Source: Parcubacteria group bacterium
GTDB taxonomy: Bacteria > Patescibacteriota > Minisyncoccia > Minisyncoccales > JAQTPW01
Assembly (NCBI GenBank): GCA_043813215.1
Contig: JBDRLH010000015.1
Span: 1 to 36,185, forward strand
DNA: 36,185 bases
Direction of reading: 5' to 3'
Shown: one piece after another, positions 8,778 through 17,435 of the stretch
Layout of the letters: each line of letters begins with the position of its first letter
Position numbering within the stretch: position 1 is the first letter of the stretch
Notes under the pieces: model-generated
Databases searched by the model: none
What the model was told of the DNA's origin: nothing
Seen by the model: the letters and a program-made list of their open reading frames with translations, nothing else
Position numbers and translations under genes: made by a program

Positions 8778-10391
8778 ATGCCAGAACCGTCTCAATCAAC
8801 TCAAAAATTAATACAGCGCTATCAATCTTGGTTCAACGATTCACAAAGGAAAGAAGGCGTACCGACGATTCATGTAGATGAAGTGGCTTCGGCAGTGGCT
8901 GCTTTTTATGAAAAAATAAGGGGGGTGGTTGACTGGAGAGAAGAACATTTGATGCGCAGGGGCGCTATCGGCAGAATGCTAAAGCGGAGATTAGTTTTGA
9001 CAAAAGACAGCAAAGCGATTGCCGAACCCTTGATTTTTGAATTAATAAGGGGGGGTCATTTCCCCAGCGACAGAATAGAAGAATCTAAAATTGCCGTCGT
9101 TCAAAAATCACTAGAAAAATATTTTTATATTTCTGAAAACAGACCCACAAATATTTCAGAAAGAAAAAAAATACAGACATACAGCTGGTTAATAGACGTG
9201 GCCGCCTGCGAGATAGAAGAAATTCTTTCTTCTTCCCAGCGAGAACGAGCGCTGATAGAATATATGTCTGATTCCATGCAAATGAGAATAAAAATTAACC
9301 AGGGAACTCAGTTAACAATAAAAGTAAGCGAAGAAGAAAAAAACACCCAAATTTATATCGCCGTCCAGCGGGCTTTATTTAAACTTGATTCGGCAACAAT
9401 CTGCTACCATCTTTTAAAGAGGCGATATCCCGAATGGTTTAATTTATCCCTAAACCAACTTCAGGAAATAACTAATAAAATCTACACAATCTCCGATGAT
9501 TTGGAAAAAGAATTGAATCATCGCTTGGGAGATAAATTTTACAAAATCTGCGAAAGATACGATACTCCTTATTTGCTTCTGGGCGATATTCTTTCTCAGA
9601 AAATCTCTCCCCTGGAGATTGAAAAAAAAATCACCGAACCCGAGGCGATGGAAAAGCTGATTAAGGAAGCCTACGCAAAAAGATACGCTACGTTAAAAAA
9701 ACGGCTTCATCGCGCCGCCTTTTATTCCACCCTTTCCATGTTTTCAACCAATGTTTTTTCCATCATAATTTTAGAGTGGCCAGTAGCAAAATATCTGCTA
9801 AAAATGTACATGGGCCCGATAACCATTGCCGTTGACATTTTGGGCCCCACTTTCTTAATGTTTATTTTGGTTTTAACTATCAGCCTCCCTCCAAAAAGCA
9901 ATCTGGATGCTGTAATTATAGAAACAATGAAAATTGCGTATAAAAGAGAAAAAGTCGGCATATACGAAATAAAGGCCCCTAAAAAAAGAGGGCTGATAAC
10001 AAAAACGCTGATCGCCTTGATTTATATCTTGGGGGCGATTTTTTCATTTGGAATTGTAATTTTAATTTTTATGGCGGCCGGATTTCCTCCGACTTCGATT
10101 TTTATCAATCTCATGTTTGTGGCGTTGATTGCCTTTGCCGGCTCAGCCGTCAGAGAAAGGTCCAAAGAATTAACAGTCGAAGAAAAACCCAGCAACGTTT
10201 TGGAATTTCTCTTTGATATACTATTTTTGCCGATTGTCAGCACGGGCCGCTGGCTGTCTAACAAATGGAAGCAATACAATGCCGTAGCCGCTTTTTTTAA
10301 CGCACTTATTGATATGCCTTTCTCTATGTTCACGGAATTCCTGGAACAGTGGCGAAATTTTTTAAAAGAAAAAAAAGAAGAAATCCATTGA
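8778..10391 (+). CDS. Hypothetical membrane protein: large soluble helical N-domain plus about 4 C-terminal TM segments
   Basis: 537-aa ORF filling the operon gap, with hydrophobic stretches at about aa 315-370 and 410-455. No recognised motif. Confidence 0.85.
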   Translation: MPEPSQSTQKLIQRYQSWFNDSQRKEGVPTIHVDEVASAVAAFYEKIRGVVDWREEHLMRRGAIGRMLKRRLVLTKDSKAIAEPLIFELIRGGHFPSDRIEESKIAVVQKSLEKYFYISENRPTNISERKKIQTYSWLIDVAACEIEEILSSSQRERALIEYMSDSMQMRIKINQGTQLTIKVSEEEKNTQIYIAVQRALFKLDSATICYHLLKRRYPEWFNLSLNQLQEITNKIYTISDDLEKELNHRLGDKFYKICERYDTPYLLLGDILSQKISPLEIEKKITEPEAMEKLIKEAYAKRYATLKKRLHRAAFYSTLSMFSTNVFSIIILEWPVAKYLLKMYMGPITIAVDILGPTFLMFILVLTISLPPKSNLDAVIIETMKIAYKREKVGIYEIKAPKKRGLITKTLIALIYILGAIFSFGIVILIFMAAGFPPTSIFINLMFVALIAFAGSAVRERSKELTVEEKPSNVLEFLFDILFLPIVSTGRWLSNKWKQYNAVAAFFNALIDMPFSMFTEFLEQWRNFLKEKKEEIH

Positions 10392-11413
10392 AAAAATATC
10401 TTATCATCACTTACGGCTGCCAGATGAACGAAGCTGACAGCGAGAGAATTGCCACTCTTTTAGAAAGAAAAGGTTATAAACCAGCTCCCGACGAAAAGGA
10501 AGCTGATTTTATTATCGTTAATATGTGCTCTGTCAGACAGACGGCAGTAGACAGAATCTGGGGAAAAACCAAAGAATTGGCTAGATTAAAAATAAAAAAC
10601 AAGAAGCTCAAAACCGTTTTGACCGGATGCATCATTAAAACAGACAGAAAAAAATTTCTGGGGCTTTTTGACGAAATTTGGCAAAACAAAGACTTCTCTG
10701 AAATTCCGCCAAAGTGCCAAAAAAAATCAGCGTTCCTTGTGCCGATTTCCAACGGCTGTAATAATTCCTGCACCTATTGCGTGGTTCCCGAGACTCGCGG
10801 CAAATTAATCTGCCGGGATCATAAAAAAATCTTAAAAGAAATAAAAATTTCGGTAAAAAACGGCGCAAAGGAAATCTGGCTTTTAGGACAAAATGTAAAC
10901 GATTATGCCTCTCCCGCCGATGCTTCCATAAATTTTGCCAAATTACTAAAAGCAGCCGCCGGCATTCCTGGAAATTTTAAAATAAGATTTATGTCGCCAA
11001 ATCCCAAAAACTTCACCAAGGAACTGATGGATGTTATGACAAACTCCAAAAAAATCGACAAATTCCTCCATCTGCCCTTGCAGTCGGGAGACAATAAAAT
11101 TCTAAAAAAAATGAACCGGCCATATACGGTCGAGCAATACGAAAAGTTGGTCAGAGAAATAAGAGAGAAAATCCCTGATATTAATCTGACGACTGACGCA
11201 ATAGTCGGCTTTCCGGGAGAAACTAGACTGCAATTCCTGAATACCGTAAAATTATTCAAAAAGATCAAATTTAACCTAGCTTATATCAGCAAGTACTCTG
11301 CCCGCCCAGGAACCGCCGCTTTTTCACTAAAGGATACCGTTTCTTTGAAAGAGAAAAAAAGAAGAGAAAAAATTCTAAGAGAAATAATCACTAAAAATGC
11401 TGAAAAATTATAA
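10388..11413 (+). CDS. miaB: MiaB-family tRNA methylthiotransferase (radical SAM), short and lacking TRAM
   Basis: YGCQMN, NMCSVR, TGC, CNNSCTYC, HLPLQSG, IVGFPGET, YSARPGT; adjacent to miaA. Likely TTG start at 10388 overlaps the upstream TGA. Confidence 0.88.
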   Translation: MKKYLIITYGCQMNEADSERIATLLERKGYKPAPDEKEADFIIVNMCSVRQTAVDRIWGKTKELARLKIKNKKLKTVLTGCIIKTDRKKFLGLFDEIWQNKDFSEIPPKCQKKSAFLVPISNGCNNSCTYCVVPETRGKLICRDHKKILKEIKISVKNGAKEIWLLGQNVNDYASPADASINFAKLLKAAAGIPGNFKIRFMSPNPKNFTKELMDVMTNSKKIDKFLHLPLQSGDNKILKKMNRPYTVEQYEKLVREIREKIPDINLTTDAIVGFPGETRLQFLNTVKLFKKIKFNLAYISKYSARPGTAAFSLKDTVSLKEKKRREKILREIITKNAEKL

Positions 11414-12335
11414 ACTGATAACTATTCTGGGCCCGACCACTTCGGGAAAATCGGCCTTGGCCGTACATTTGGCTAAAAAAATCAAAGGAGAAATAATCTC
11501 TGCCGACTCTAGACAGGTTTATAAGGGAATGGATATCGGCAGCGGCAAGGTGACAAAAAAAGAAATGAAAGGTATTCCCCATCATCTTTTAGATGTCGCT
11601 TCTCCAAAAAGGAAATTTAGCGTGACTCAATATAGAAAATTAGCAATTTCCGCTATAAAAAAAATATTCAAGAAAGGAAAACTTCCAATAATTTGCGGAG
11701 GAACCGGTTTTTATATCCAAGCCCTAATTGACGGCATTGTTATTCCTGAAGTAAAACCGGATTGGAAGCTGAGAAAGAAATTGGAAAAAAAGACAACCGA
11801 AGAACTTTTTAGAGAGCTTGAGAAAAAAGACCAAAAAAGAGCAGAAAATATTGATAAAAAGAACAGAAGAAGGTTAATAAGGGCCTTGGAAATTATAATT
11901 AAAACAAAAAAACCTGTTCCTGAAATCAAGTTCAATCCTTTCCCTTGTCCGGTTTTAATTTTAGGAATAAAAAGAGAAAAAGAAGAGTTAAAAAAAAGAA
12001 TTTACAAGAGATTATTAAAAAGATTAGGTGAAGGAATGATAAATGAAGTGAAAAAACTAAGAAAATCAGGGCTTTCATGGGAACGACTTGAAGAATTCGG
12101 CTTAGAATACAGATATGTCGCTCTATATCTACAGGAAAAATTAAATTATGAAGAAATGATTGAAAAACTGCAGAAAGAAATTGAACATTTTGCAAAGAGG
12201 CAGATGACGTGGTTCAAAAGAGATAAAAGAATTAAATGGGTAAAAAATAAAAAACAAGCCCTAAACCTGATCAAAAAGTTTCTAGAAAATGAAAAGAGGG
12301 AGAACACTTGCGCGTCTCCCTCTTTTGGCTGGTAA
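11397..12335 (+). CDS. miaA: tRNA dimethylallyltransferase
   Basis: GPTTSGKS, ISADSRQVYKGMDIG, PHHLLD, GGTGFY, AKRQMTWF. Confidence 0.97.
   Translation: MLKNYKLITILGPTTSGKSALAVHLAKKIKGEIISADSRQVYKGMDIGSGKVTKKEMKGIPHHLLDVASPKRKFSVTQYRKLAISAIKKIFKKGKLPIICGGTGFYIQALIDGIVIPEVKPDWKLRKKLEKKTTEELFRELEKKDQKRAENIDKKNRRRLIRALEIIIKTKKPVPEIKFNPFPCPVLILGIKREKEELKKRIYKRLLKRLGEGMINEVKKLRKSGLSWERLEEFGLEYRYVALYLQEKLNYEEMIEKLQKEIEHFAKRQMTWFKRDKRIKWVKNKKQALNLIKKFLENEKRENTCASPSFGW
12292..12326. terminator. Bidirectional terminator between miaA and the 65-aa ORF
   Basis: 12-bp inverted repeat AAAAGAGGGAGA...TCTCCCTCTTTT. Confidence 0.8.
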
Positions 12336-12341
12336 GTTTCA

Positions 12342-12539
12342 TTACCAACCAATTTTGCCAATTGGCTTCCAGTAAATAATCTTCCCCGAAGAAAGCCTTT
12401 TAGCGCCCTCTTTCAAGGGAGCAGGATCCTCCGATCTGGGCACCCCCCGACCGAATAAACAACCATCATGACCAGGTAAGGCAATGGCGCTGTTGCCATC
12501 GCCGCAAGTCTTCTTTACATCTCCTATAGTTGTTAACAT
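12342..12539 (-). CDS. Small hypothetical protein (65 aa)
   Basis: AGGAGG 5 nt before ATG; own consensus promoter and terminator. Confidence 0.75.
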   Translation of the reverse strand: MLTTIGDVKKTCGDGNSAIALPGHDGCLFGRGVPRSEDPAPLKEGAKRLSSGKIIYWKPIGKIGW

Positions 12540-12555
12540 TTTTTCCTCCTATTCG

Positions 12556-12570
12556 GGACGTTAAACGTCC
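12556..12570. promoter_or_regulatory. Perfect palindrome GGACGTT-A-AACGTCC (operator or 5'UTR hairpin)
   Basis: Lies between the promoter and the SD of the 65-aa ORF. Confidence 0.45.
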
Positions 12571-12589
12571 TTTATTTTTAACTGGTATA

Positions 12590-12618
12590 ATTATATCACC
12601 CTATTTTATTTTTGTCAA
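12590..12618 (-). promoter_or_regulatory. Perfect sigma70 promoter of the 65-aa ORF
   Basis: TTGACA, 17 nt, TATAAT with TGn. Confidence 0.85.
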
Positions 12619-12619
12619 T

Positions 12620-12660
12620 AGAAAAGAAAAAGAGAGGCCTACAAGCCTCTCCTCTTTTTT
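12620..12660. terminator. Terminator of the mraZ-like gene
   Basis: GAGAGGC/GCCTCTC stem flanked by A and T tracts. Confidence 0.75.
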
Positions 12661-12664
12661 GTGT

Positions 12665-13057
12665 TTATCTGCTTTGAGGTATCGTTTCCCTGAAGAAAGT
12701 TTTTTTATCTGGTTTGTTTTGCTCCTCTGTCCATCTTTTCTTGCTCCAGATCTCAAGATATCCGGAACTTTCAATCATGACTACCACCACTTCCCTGTCT
12801 AATCCTGCATATTCCCGAAAGCCCGGTGCGAGAAAAATCCTCCAAGAATTTCTATTTTTCCTAATTCGCAGTTCGTTTGGATCTTTTAATCGGAATAAAG
12901 AGTTAAACTCTCTGCTTATTTCCTGCCAGCGATTCAGAGTGCAAAGGAAAAGACATCCATCCGGACTTTTACTGATTATGAGTTTGCCCGTGAGCTTCTT
13001 CGCTAGTATTGAAGGAATATAAATCCTTCCTGAGCTGATTCGACAATTAAAAAACAA
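12665..13057 (-). CDS. Divergent MraZ-like (SpoVT/AbrB-fold) DNA-binding protein
   Basis: GRIYIPS, DGCLFL, REYAGLDREVVVV and YLEIWSKKRW match the two MraZ repeats; TTG start with AAAGGAGG SD. Confidence 0.75.
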   Translation of the reverse strand: MFFNCRISSGRIYIPSILAKKLTGKLIISKSPDGCLFLCTLNRWQEISREFNSLFRLKDPNELRIRKNRNSWRIFLAPGFREYAGLDREVVVVMIESSGYLEIWSKKRWTEEQNKPDKKTFFRETIPQSR

Positions 13058-13108
13058 GCTTCCTCCTTTTCTTTTGTAAATTTTAAAATAGCATTTTATG
13101 TGCTGTTT

Positions 13109-13137
13109 AATTTACTAATTTTTTGTTAATTTGTCAA
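13109..13137 (-). promoter_or_regulatory. Putative promoter of the mraZ-like gene, overlapping the gatB 3' end
   Basis: TTGACA, 17 nt, TAAATT. Confidence 0.55.
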
Positions 13138-14574
13138 TGCTCTATTCAGTATTTTTTTCACCATCTGCGGATTGGCTTTACCGCGGGTTTTGGCCATAAC
13201 CTGGCCAATCAGATATTGAAAAGCGTTAGCTTTCCCCGTTTTATAATCCTCAACAACTTTTGGATTGTCAGTAATTATTTCTTTTATAATCTTTTCTATC
13301 TCGGCTTCGTCGCTCATTTGGCTAAGCCCTTTTTCTTCAATAATATGAGAAGGGTCGGCACCGGAAACAAACATTTCCGTCAAAACTTGCTTGGCAATTT
13401 TGCTTGATATCTTCCCGTCATTTATCAAATCAATAAAATCGGCGAAATTTTCAGGTGTTATTTTAAAATCTTTATCAGCCACTGATTTGTTGCCCAATAA
13501 ACCCTGAAGATCGGTGGCCAAATAATTAGAAGTTAGTTTTATCAAGCTCAATATTTTTTCATGAGTAAGCCCCGGATCAAATTCGCTTATAACTTTTTCA
13601 AAATATTCCCCGAATTTTTTATTTTTAACGAAGAATTCTGACATATTTTCGCCTAATTCGTATTGCTCTTCCAGCCGCTTGCGCCTATGCTGGGGCAATT
13701 CCGGAATTTCTGCTTTTATTCTGGAAATTTCTTCTTGCAAAAAATGCAGCGGCGGCAAATCCGGTTCCGGAAAATATCTGTAATCATGAGCTTCTTCTTT
13801 TTCTCTCTGCGAGACCGTTACCCCCTTGGTATCGTCCCAGCCTCTGGTTTCCTGAATTATTTTTTCTTCGCTTTCTAGGGCCTTCGTTTGCCTCTTAATT
13901 TCAAAATCTACCCCTCTTTCCACTGACCGAAAAGAATTCAGGTTTTTAATTTCAACTTTCGTGCCTAATTCTCCTTCTTTATCGCTCAAAGAAATATTTA
14001 CCTCAACTCTCATTTGCCCTTTTTCCATATCGGCATCCGAAACCTCAAGATAATGAAAAATTTCATGCAGTTCTTCGGCAAAAATTTTCGCTTCTTTTCC
14101 CGAAGTTATGTCGGGCTCCGTTACAAGTTCCATCAAGGGAATTCCTGCCCGGTTAAAATCGACCAAAGAAAACTCTGCTCTTTCCGGATGAACTAAGCGA
14201 CCGGTATCTTCCTCCAAATGAATGCGTCTTATTTTTATCTTTCTGTCGCTTATATCTAGATAGCCGTCTTTGCAAAAAGGCATATCATATTGAGAAATCT
14301 GATAACCTTTTGGTAAATCGGGATAAAAATAATTTTTCCTGTCAAATTTTGAGTCTTTCGGGATTTGGCAATTCAAAGCCAGGCCGGTTTTAATTGTTTT
14401 TCTAACCGCTTCTCCGTTAATAACCGGGAGAGTCCCCGGATGCCCCATACAGATGGGGCAAACATTAATATTGGGCCCGTGTTCGTCAGGATTATTCGCG
14501 CAACCGCAAAACATCTTGCTTTTTGTGTTCAGTTCAATATGAATTTCCAAACCAATTGTCGGTTTATATGCCAT
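13126..14574 (-). CDS. gatB: Asp-tRNA(Asn)/Glu-tRNA(Gln) amidotransferase subunit B
   Basis: IGLEIH, FDRKNYFYPDLPKGYQISQ, HLEED, EIKNLNSF, DYRYFPEPDLPP; start at MAYKPT. Confidence 0.98.
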   Translation of the reverse strand: MAYKPTIGLEIHIELNTKSKMFCGCANNPDEHGPNINVCPICMGHPGTLPVINGEAVRKTIKTGLALNCQIPKDSKFDRKNYFYPDLPKGYQISQYDMPFCKDGYLDISDRKIKIRRIHLEEDTGRLVHPERAEFSLVDFNRAGIPLMELVTEPDITSGKEAKIFAEELHEIFHYLEVSDADMEKGQMRVEVNISLSDKEGELGTKVEIKNLNSFRSVERGVDFEIKRQTKALESEEKIIQETRGWDDTKGVTVSQREKEEAHDYRYFPEPDLPPLHFLQEEISRIKAEIPELPQHRRKRLEEQYELGENMSEFFVKNKKFGEYFEKVISEFDPGLTHEKILSLIKLTSNYLATDLQGLLGNKSVADKDFKITPENFADFIDLINDGKISSKIAKQVLTEMFVSGADPSHIIEEKGLSQMSDEAEIEKIIKEIITDNPKVVEDYKTGKANAFQYLIGQVMAKTRGKANPQMVKKILNRALTN

Positions 14575-14578
14575 AAAT

Positions 14579-15274
14579 TTATTCTGCTTTTCTCCAAAAT
14601 TGGCTGTAAGAAATATTTTTACCCTCGGCCTCATTGACAATCTCTGCTCCCGAACTCGTGCCGATAATATCGGCTCCGGCTTCTATCATCATTTTTAAAT
14701 CGGCCAGGGTCCTGATGGAACCCGCCGCTTTTACTAACAATTCTGGTGCTAATTCTCTCATTATTTTTACGTGTTTTGCTTTTTCCGGCAACTCCGCACC
14801 ATCCAAAGGATCGTTTATTGTGGCGGTTTTTACGCAAATTGCGCCCGATTCTCTGGTTATTGCAGAAGCTTTTTTGATTTCCTCGTCGGTCAAATAACCC
14901 GAGCCGATAATCACTTTTGTCGGTAAAATTTTACAAATTTCTTTTAAGTCATTTAAAACTTCATCGTATTTTCCATTTTTAAAAGCATCTATCTTCATGA
15001 CGACGTCCAATTCATCCGAACCCTCATTTTCGGCTTTTTTGCACATTTTTATTCTTTTTTGATGCAAACTTGCGCCGGTCGGTTCGTCAATCAGAGTGGT
15101 AACTTTGACGTCGCTGCCGCTTAAAATCTCTTTTGCCCACTTGACGTGTGCGGGTAAAACGCAAAAGCCGCGAAAATTATATTCCCGAGCTTCTTTGGCA
15201 ATTTTTTTTACTTCATCTTCGCCGGCTTCTTTTTTTAAAAACGTCTGATCAATTATCTTTGCTATATTGGTCAT
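14579..15274 (-). CDS. deoC: Deoxyribose-phosphate aldolase-like protein (divergent)
   Basis: IDQTFLK, DELDVV, VKTAT (Schiff-base Lys), VKAAGSIRT, IGTSSG. Confidence 0.82.
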   Translation of the reverse strand: MTNIAKIIDQTFLKKEAGEDEVKKIAKEAREYNFRGFCVLPAHVKWAKEILSGSDVKVTTLIDEPTGASLHQKRIKMCKKAENEGSDELDVVMKIDAFKNGKYDEVLNDLKEICKILPTKVIIGSGYLTDEEIKKASAITRESGAICVKTATINDPLDGAELPEKAKHVKIMRELAPELLVKAAGSIRTLADLKMMIEAGADIIGTSSGAEIVNEAEGKNISYSQFWRKAE

Positions 15275-15873
15275 AATCTTATATATTTTTTTACATCATT
15301 ATGAACTTTTTGGACTGAATTGTTGCCATTAATAATATAAATATTGGAAAATTTTTTTATAAATTTCAAATAATTCCTTGAGACTTCTTTGAATTTTTCT
15401 TCATTTTCAAAAAGTTCTTCGTGAAATCTTTCTTTCTTAATTCTGCTAATACATACTTTTGGCGGAGTTTTCAAAAAAAATGTTTTATTGGGAAGAATAA
15501 AATGTTTGTTGATTTTCATCAGCCAATCACTGTCTTTGACTCCTAAACTTCCGTAAGCCAAAGTCGAGAGGATGTATCTGGTGCAAATTACGGTTATTCC
15601 TTTTTTCAACAACGGGATTATTTCTTTCTCCAGGTGATAGGCCCTGTCCGCCGTAAATAATAGCTGAAGACATTCATTGCTGCTTTTCCATTCTCCGGCC
15701 AGCTGGCTTTTAATCAACCCGCCGATTAAAAAAGTTGTGGGCTCAGCCGTCAAATAAACTTTTTTGCCTTGATTTTTTAAATATTTAAACAATAAGTCAG
15801 CCTGTGTTGTCTGCCCCGAACCGTCCAATCCCTCAAAAACAATGAATTTTCCGGAATATGGATTTTTTTTCAT
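15271..15873 (-). CDS. tmk: Thymidylate kinase
   Basis: FIVFEGLDGSGQTTQ, EPT, LLFTADRAYH, RYILSTLAYG. Confidence 0.93.
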   Translation of the reverse strand: MKKNPYSGKFIVFEGLDGSGQTTQADLLFKYLKNQGKKVYLTAEPTTFLIGGLIKSQLAGEWKSSNECLQLLFTADRAYHLEKEIIPLLKKGITVICTRYILSTLAYGSLGVKDSDWLMKINKHFILPNKTFFLKTPPKVCISRIKKERFHEELFENEEKFKEVSRNYLKFIKKFSNIYIINGNNSVQKVHNDVKKYIRL

Positions 15874-16421
15874 ATCATTTTAAGCACCTTTTTAATCCGG
15901 GCATAAAAATCTTCTATCGAACCGTCATTTTTTATTATAAAATCTGCTTTTTGACCGAGTTTGGGAATCTGTAACTCAGTGGCCGCTCTTTCTATCTGTA
16001 AAAATTTTTTATAAGAAACTCTGTCGTCTTTTTTCTCTCCTCTGCTTCTTACTCTTTGCCATCTGATTTTGGAATCGACAGTAACATAAATAATTTTGCC
16101 GCCTATTTGTTTAATTCCCCTATACTCATCGGCAAATCTTATTCCGTTTAAAATCACAATGCCGCTTTCTACATTTTCTATTTTTTTCTTTAAAGCTTGC
16201 CATAAAATATCTCCACCGAACCTTTCCCTCAAAACGATCGCCAGCCATTGCTGGTCTTCTTTTCTTTTTTCGTTTAAAAAAATCCCCAGCGCCTCCCTTA
16301 AAGGATCGGAAAATCGCAAAACAAGCACCTCGGGATAATTCTTTTTAATATAATCGGAAACCGTATCCTTGCCCGAACCCGTCTCGCCTATTAACCCTAT
16401 TATTATTTTCTTTTTACTCAT
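15870..16421 (-). CDS. P-loop kinase of the dephospho-CoA-kinase/dNMP-kinase-like family
   Basis: GLIGETGSGKDT Walker A, RFSDPLRE, GIRFADE, IKNDGS; ATG 16421 overlaps the upstream TAA. Confidence 0.8.
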   Translation of the reverse strand: MSKKKIIIGLIGETGSGKDTVSDYIKKNYPEVLVLRFSDPLREALGIFLNEKRKEDQQWLAIVLRERFGGDILWQALKKKIENVESGIVILNGIRFADEYRGIKQIGGKIIYVTVDSKIRWQRVRSRGEKKDDRVSYKKFLQIERAATELQIPKLGQKADFIIKNDGSIEDFYARIKKVLKMI

Positions 16422-16960
16422 TATGTTTGCTTTTCTTTTTTTTCTGTCGCTACCCTTCCTCCTTGCCACTGGCCCCGATAAAGATTGGATTCTCCTTTTA
16501 TTTCAGAAAACATAATATGCAGAACTCTGGCTCCCATTTCCAGCAAAAATGGCTCTTTTCTGAAATTATATATCCCCATAGATAATTCTCCGCAGTATCC
16601 CGGGGGAACTTGACCGCCGAAAATATAAATCCCGGATCTGAATAAAGTTGATCGGGGCGTTGATATGGCCAATAAATCCTGGGGCATATTCACTTTTTCT
16701 ATGGTCTTCATCAGATAATATACGTTGGGCTCTAGAATTACTTTCGCAACTTTTCCCTCCTGATACTTGGCAACTAGTTTGACTTCCGGAGTTTCTCTTT
16801 CCTTAATCCCCATGAAACCCTCTCCCTTGAGTTTGTACAGCTCCCCTATCCTGATGTCAAAACCGGCGCCCTCGGGCGCCTCAAGCTCCCTTTGACAAAG
16901 CCCTTCCATTAATTTTTTTTCTTTTACCAGTTGCAATAATTCTTTTGCGCCAAGAAACAT
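16421..16960 (-). CDS. Trimeric dUTPase/dCTP deaminase superfamily protein
   Basis: AGFDIR, PRSTLFRSG, PGYCGEL, YRGQWQGG. Confidence 0.8.
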   Translation of the reverse strand: MFLGAKELLQLVKEKKLMEGLCQRELEAPEGAGFDIRIGELYKLKGEGFMGIKERETPEVKLVAKYQEGKVAKVILEPNVYYLMKTIEKVNMPQDLLAISTPRSTLFRSGIYIFGGQVPPGYCGELSMGIYNFRKEPFLLEMGARVLHIMFSEIKGESNLYRGQWQGGRVATEKKEKQT

Positions 16961-16961
16961 A

Positions 16962-17435
16962 TTACTTTGTCAATTCTACAAATTTATATTTCAAACCGTT
17001 TTCTTCTTGTATCTCGCTTTCTGAAATTATCTGTTTAAATTCTGAATAATCCGGAAAAAAAGTATCGGCCTCCGGAGAATCCTCCACTAAAGTTAAATAT
17101 AATTTAACGGCATATCGGATAAATTGTTTATAAATGCTGGCTCCGCCGATTACAAATACCTCTTCTTTTGCGTTTTTATATTTGTCGGCGATATCCTGAA
17201 GATTATTAGAAACCTGACAATTTTCGGCTTTATAATTAGGGTCCAAAGAAAGTATTATGTTTTTTCTGCCGGAAAGCGCCTTGCCGATAGATTCAAAGGT
17301 TGTCTGTCCCATAATTACGGTGCGGCCCATGGTTATTTCTTTAAAATGCCTCATATCTCCCGGCAGGCTCCAGAGTAATTTATTTTTAAATCCGATTTCC
17401 TTATTTTTACCGATAGCGCAGATCATTGAGATCAT
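16962..17435 (-). CDS. folA: Dihydrofolate reductase
   Basis: IGFKNKLLW..DMRHFK.IT, IMGQTTFESIG, GRKNI, VIGGASIY, ADTFFP. Confidence 0.95.
   Translation of the reverse strand: MISMICAIGKNKEIGFKNKLLWSLPGDMRHFKEITMGRTVIMGQTTFESIGKALSGRKNIILSLDPNYKAENCQVSNNLQDIADKYKNAKEEVFVIGGASIYKQFIRYAVKLYLTLVEDSPEADTFFPDYSEFKQIISESEIQEENGLKYKFVELTK

Noticed and set aside
14575-14640. Upstream extensions of gatB (and likewise gatC, the kinase, miaB, proS, mreB copy 2)
   Set aside because: They mostly overlap neighbouring genes; downstream starts match family N-termini.
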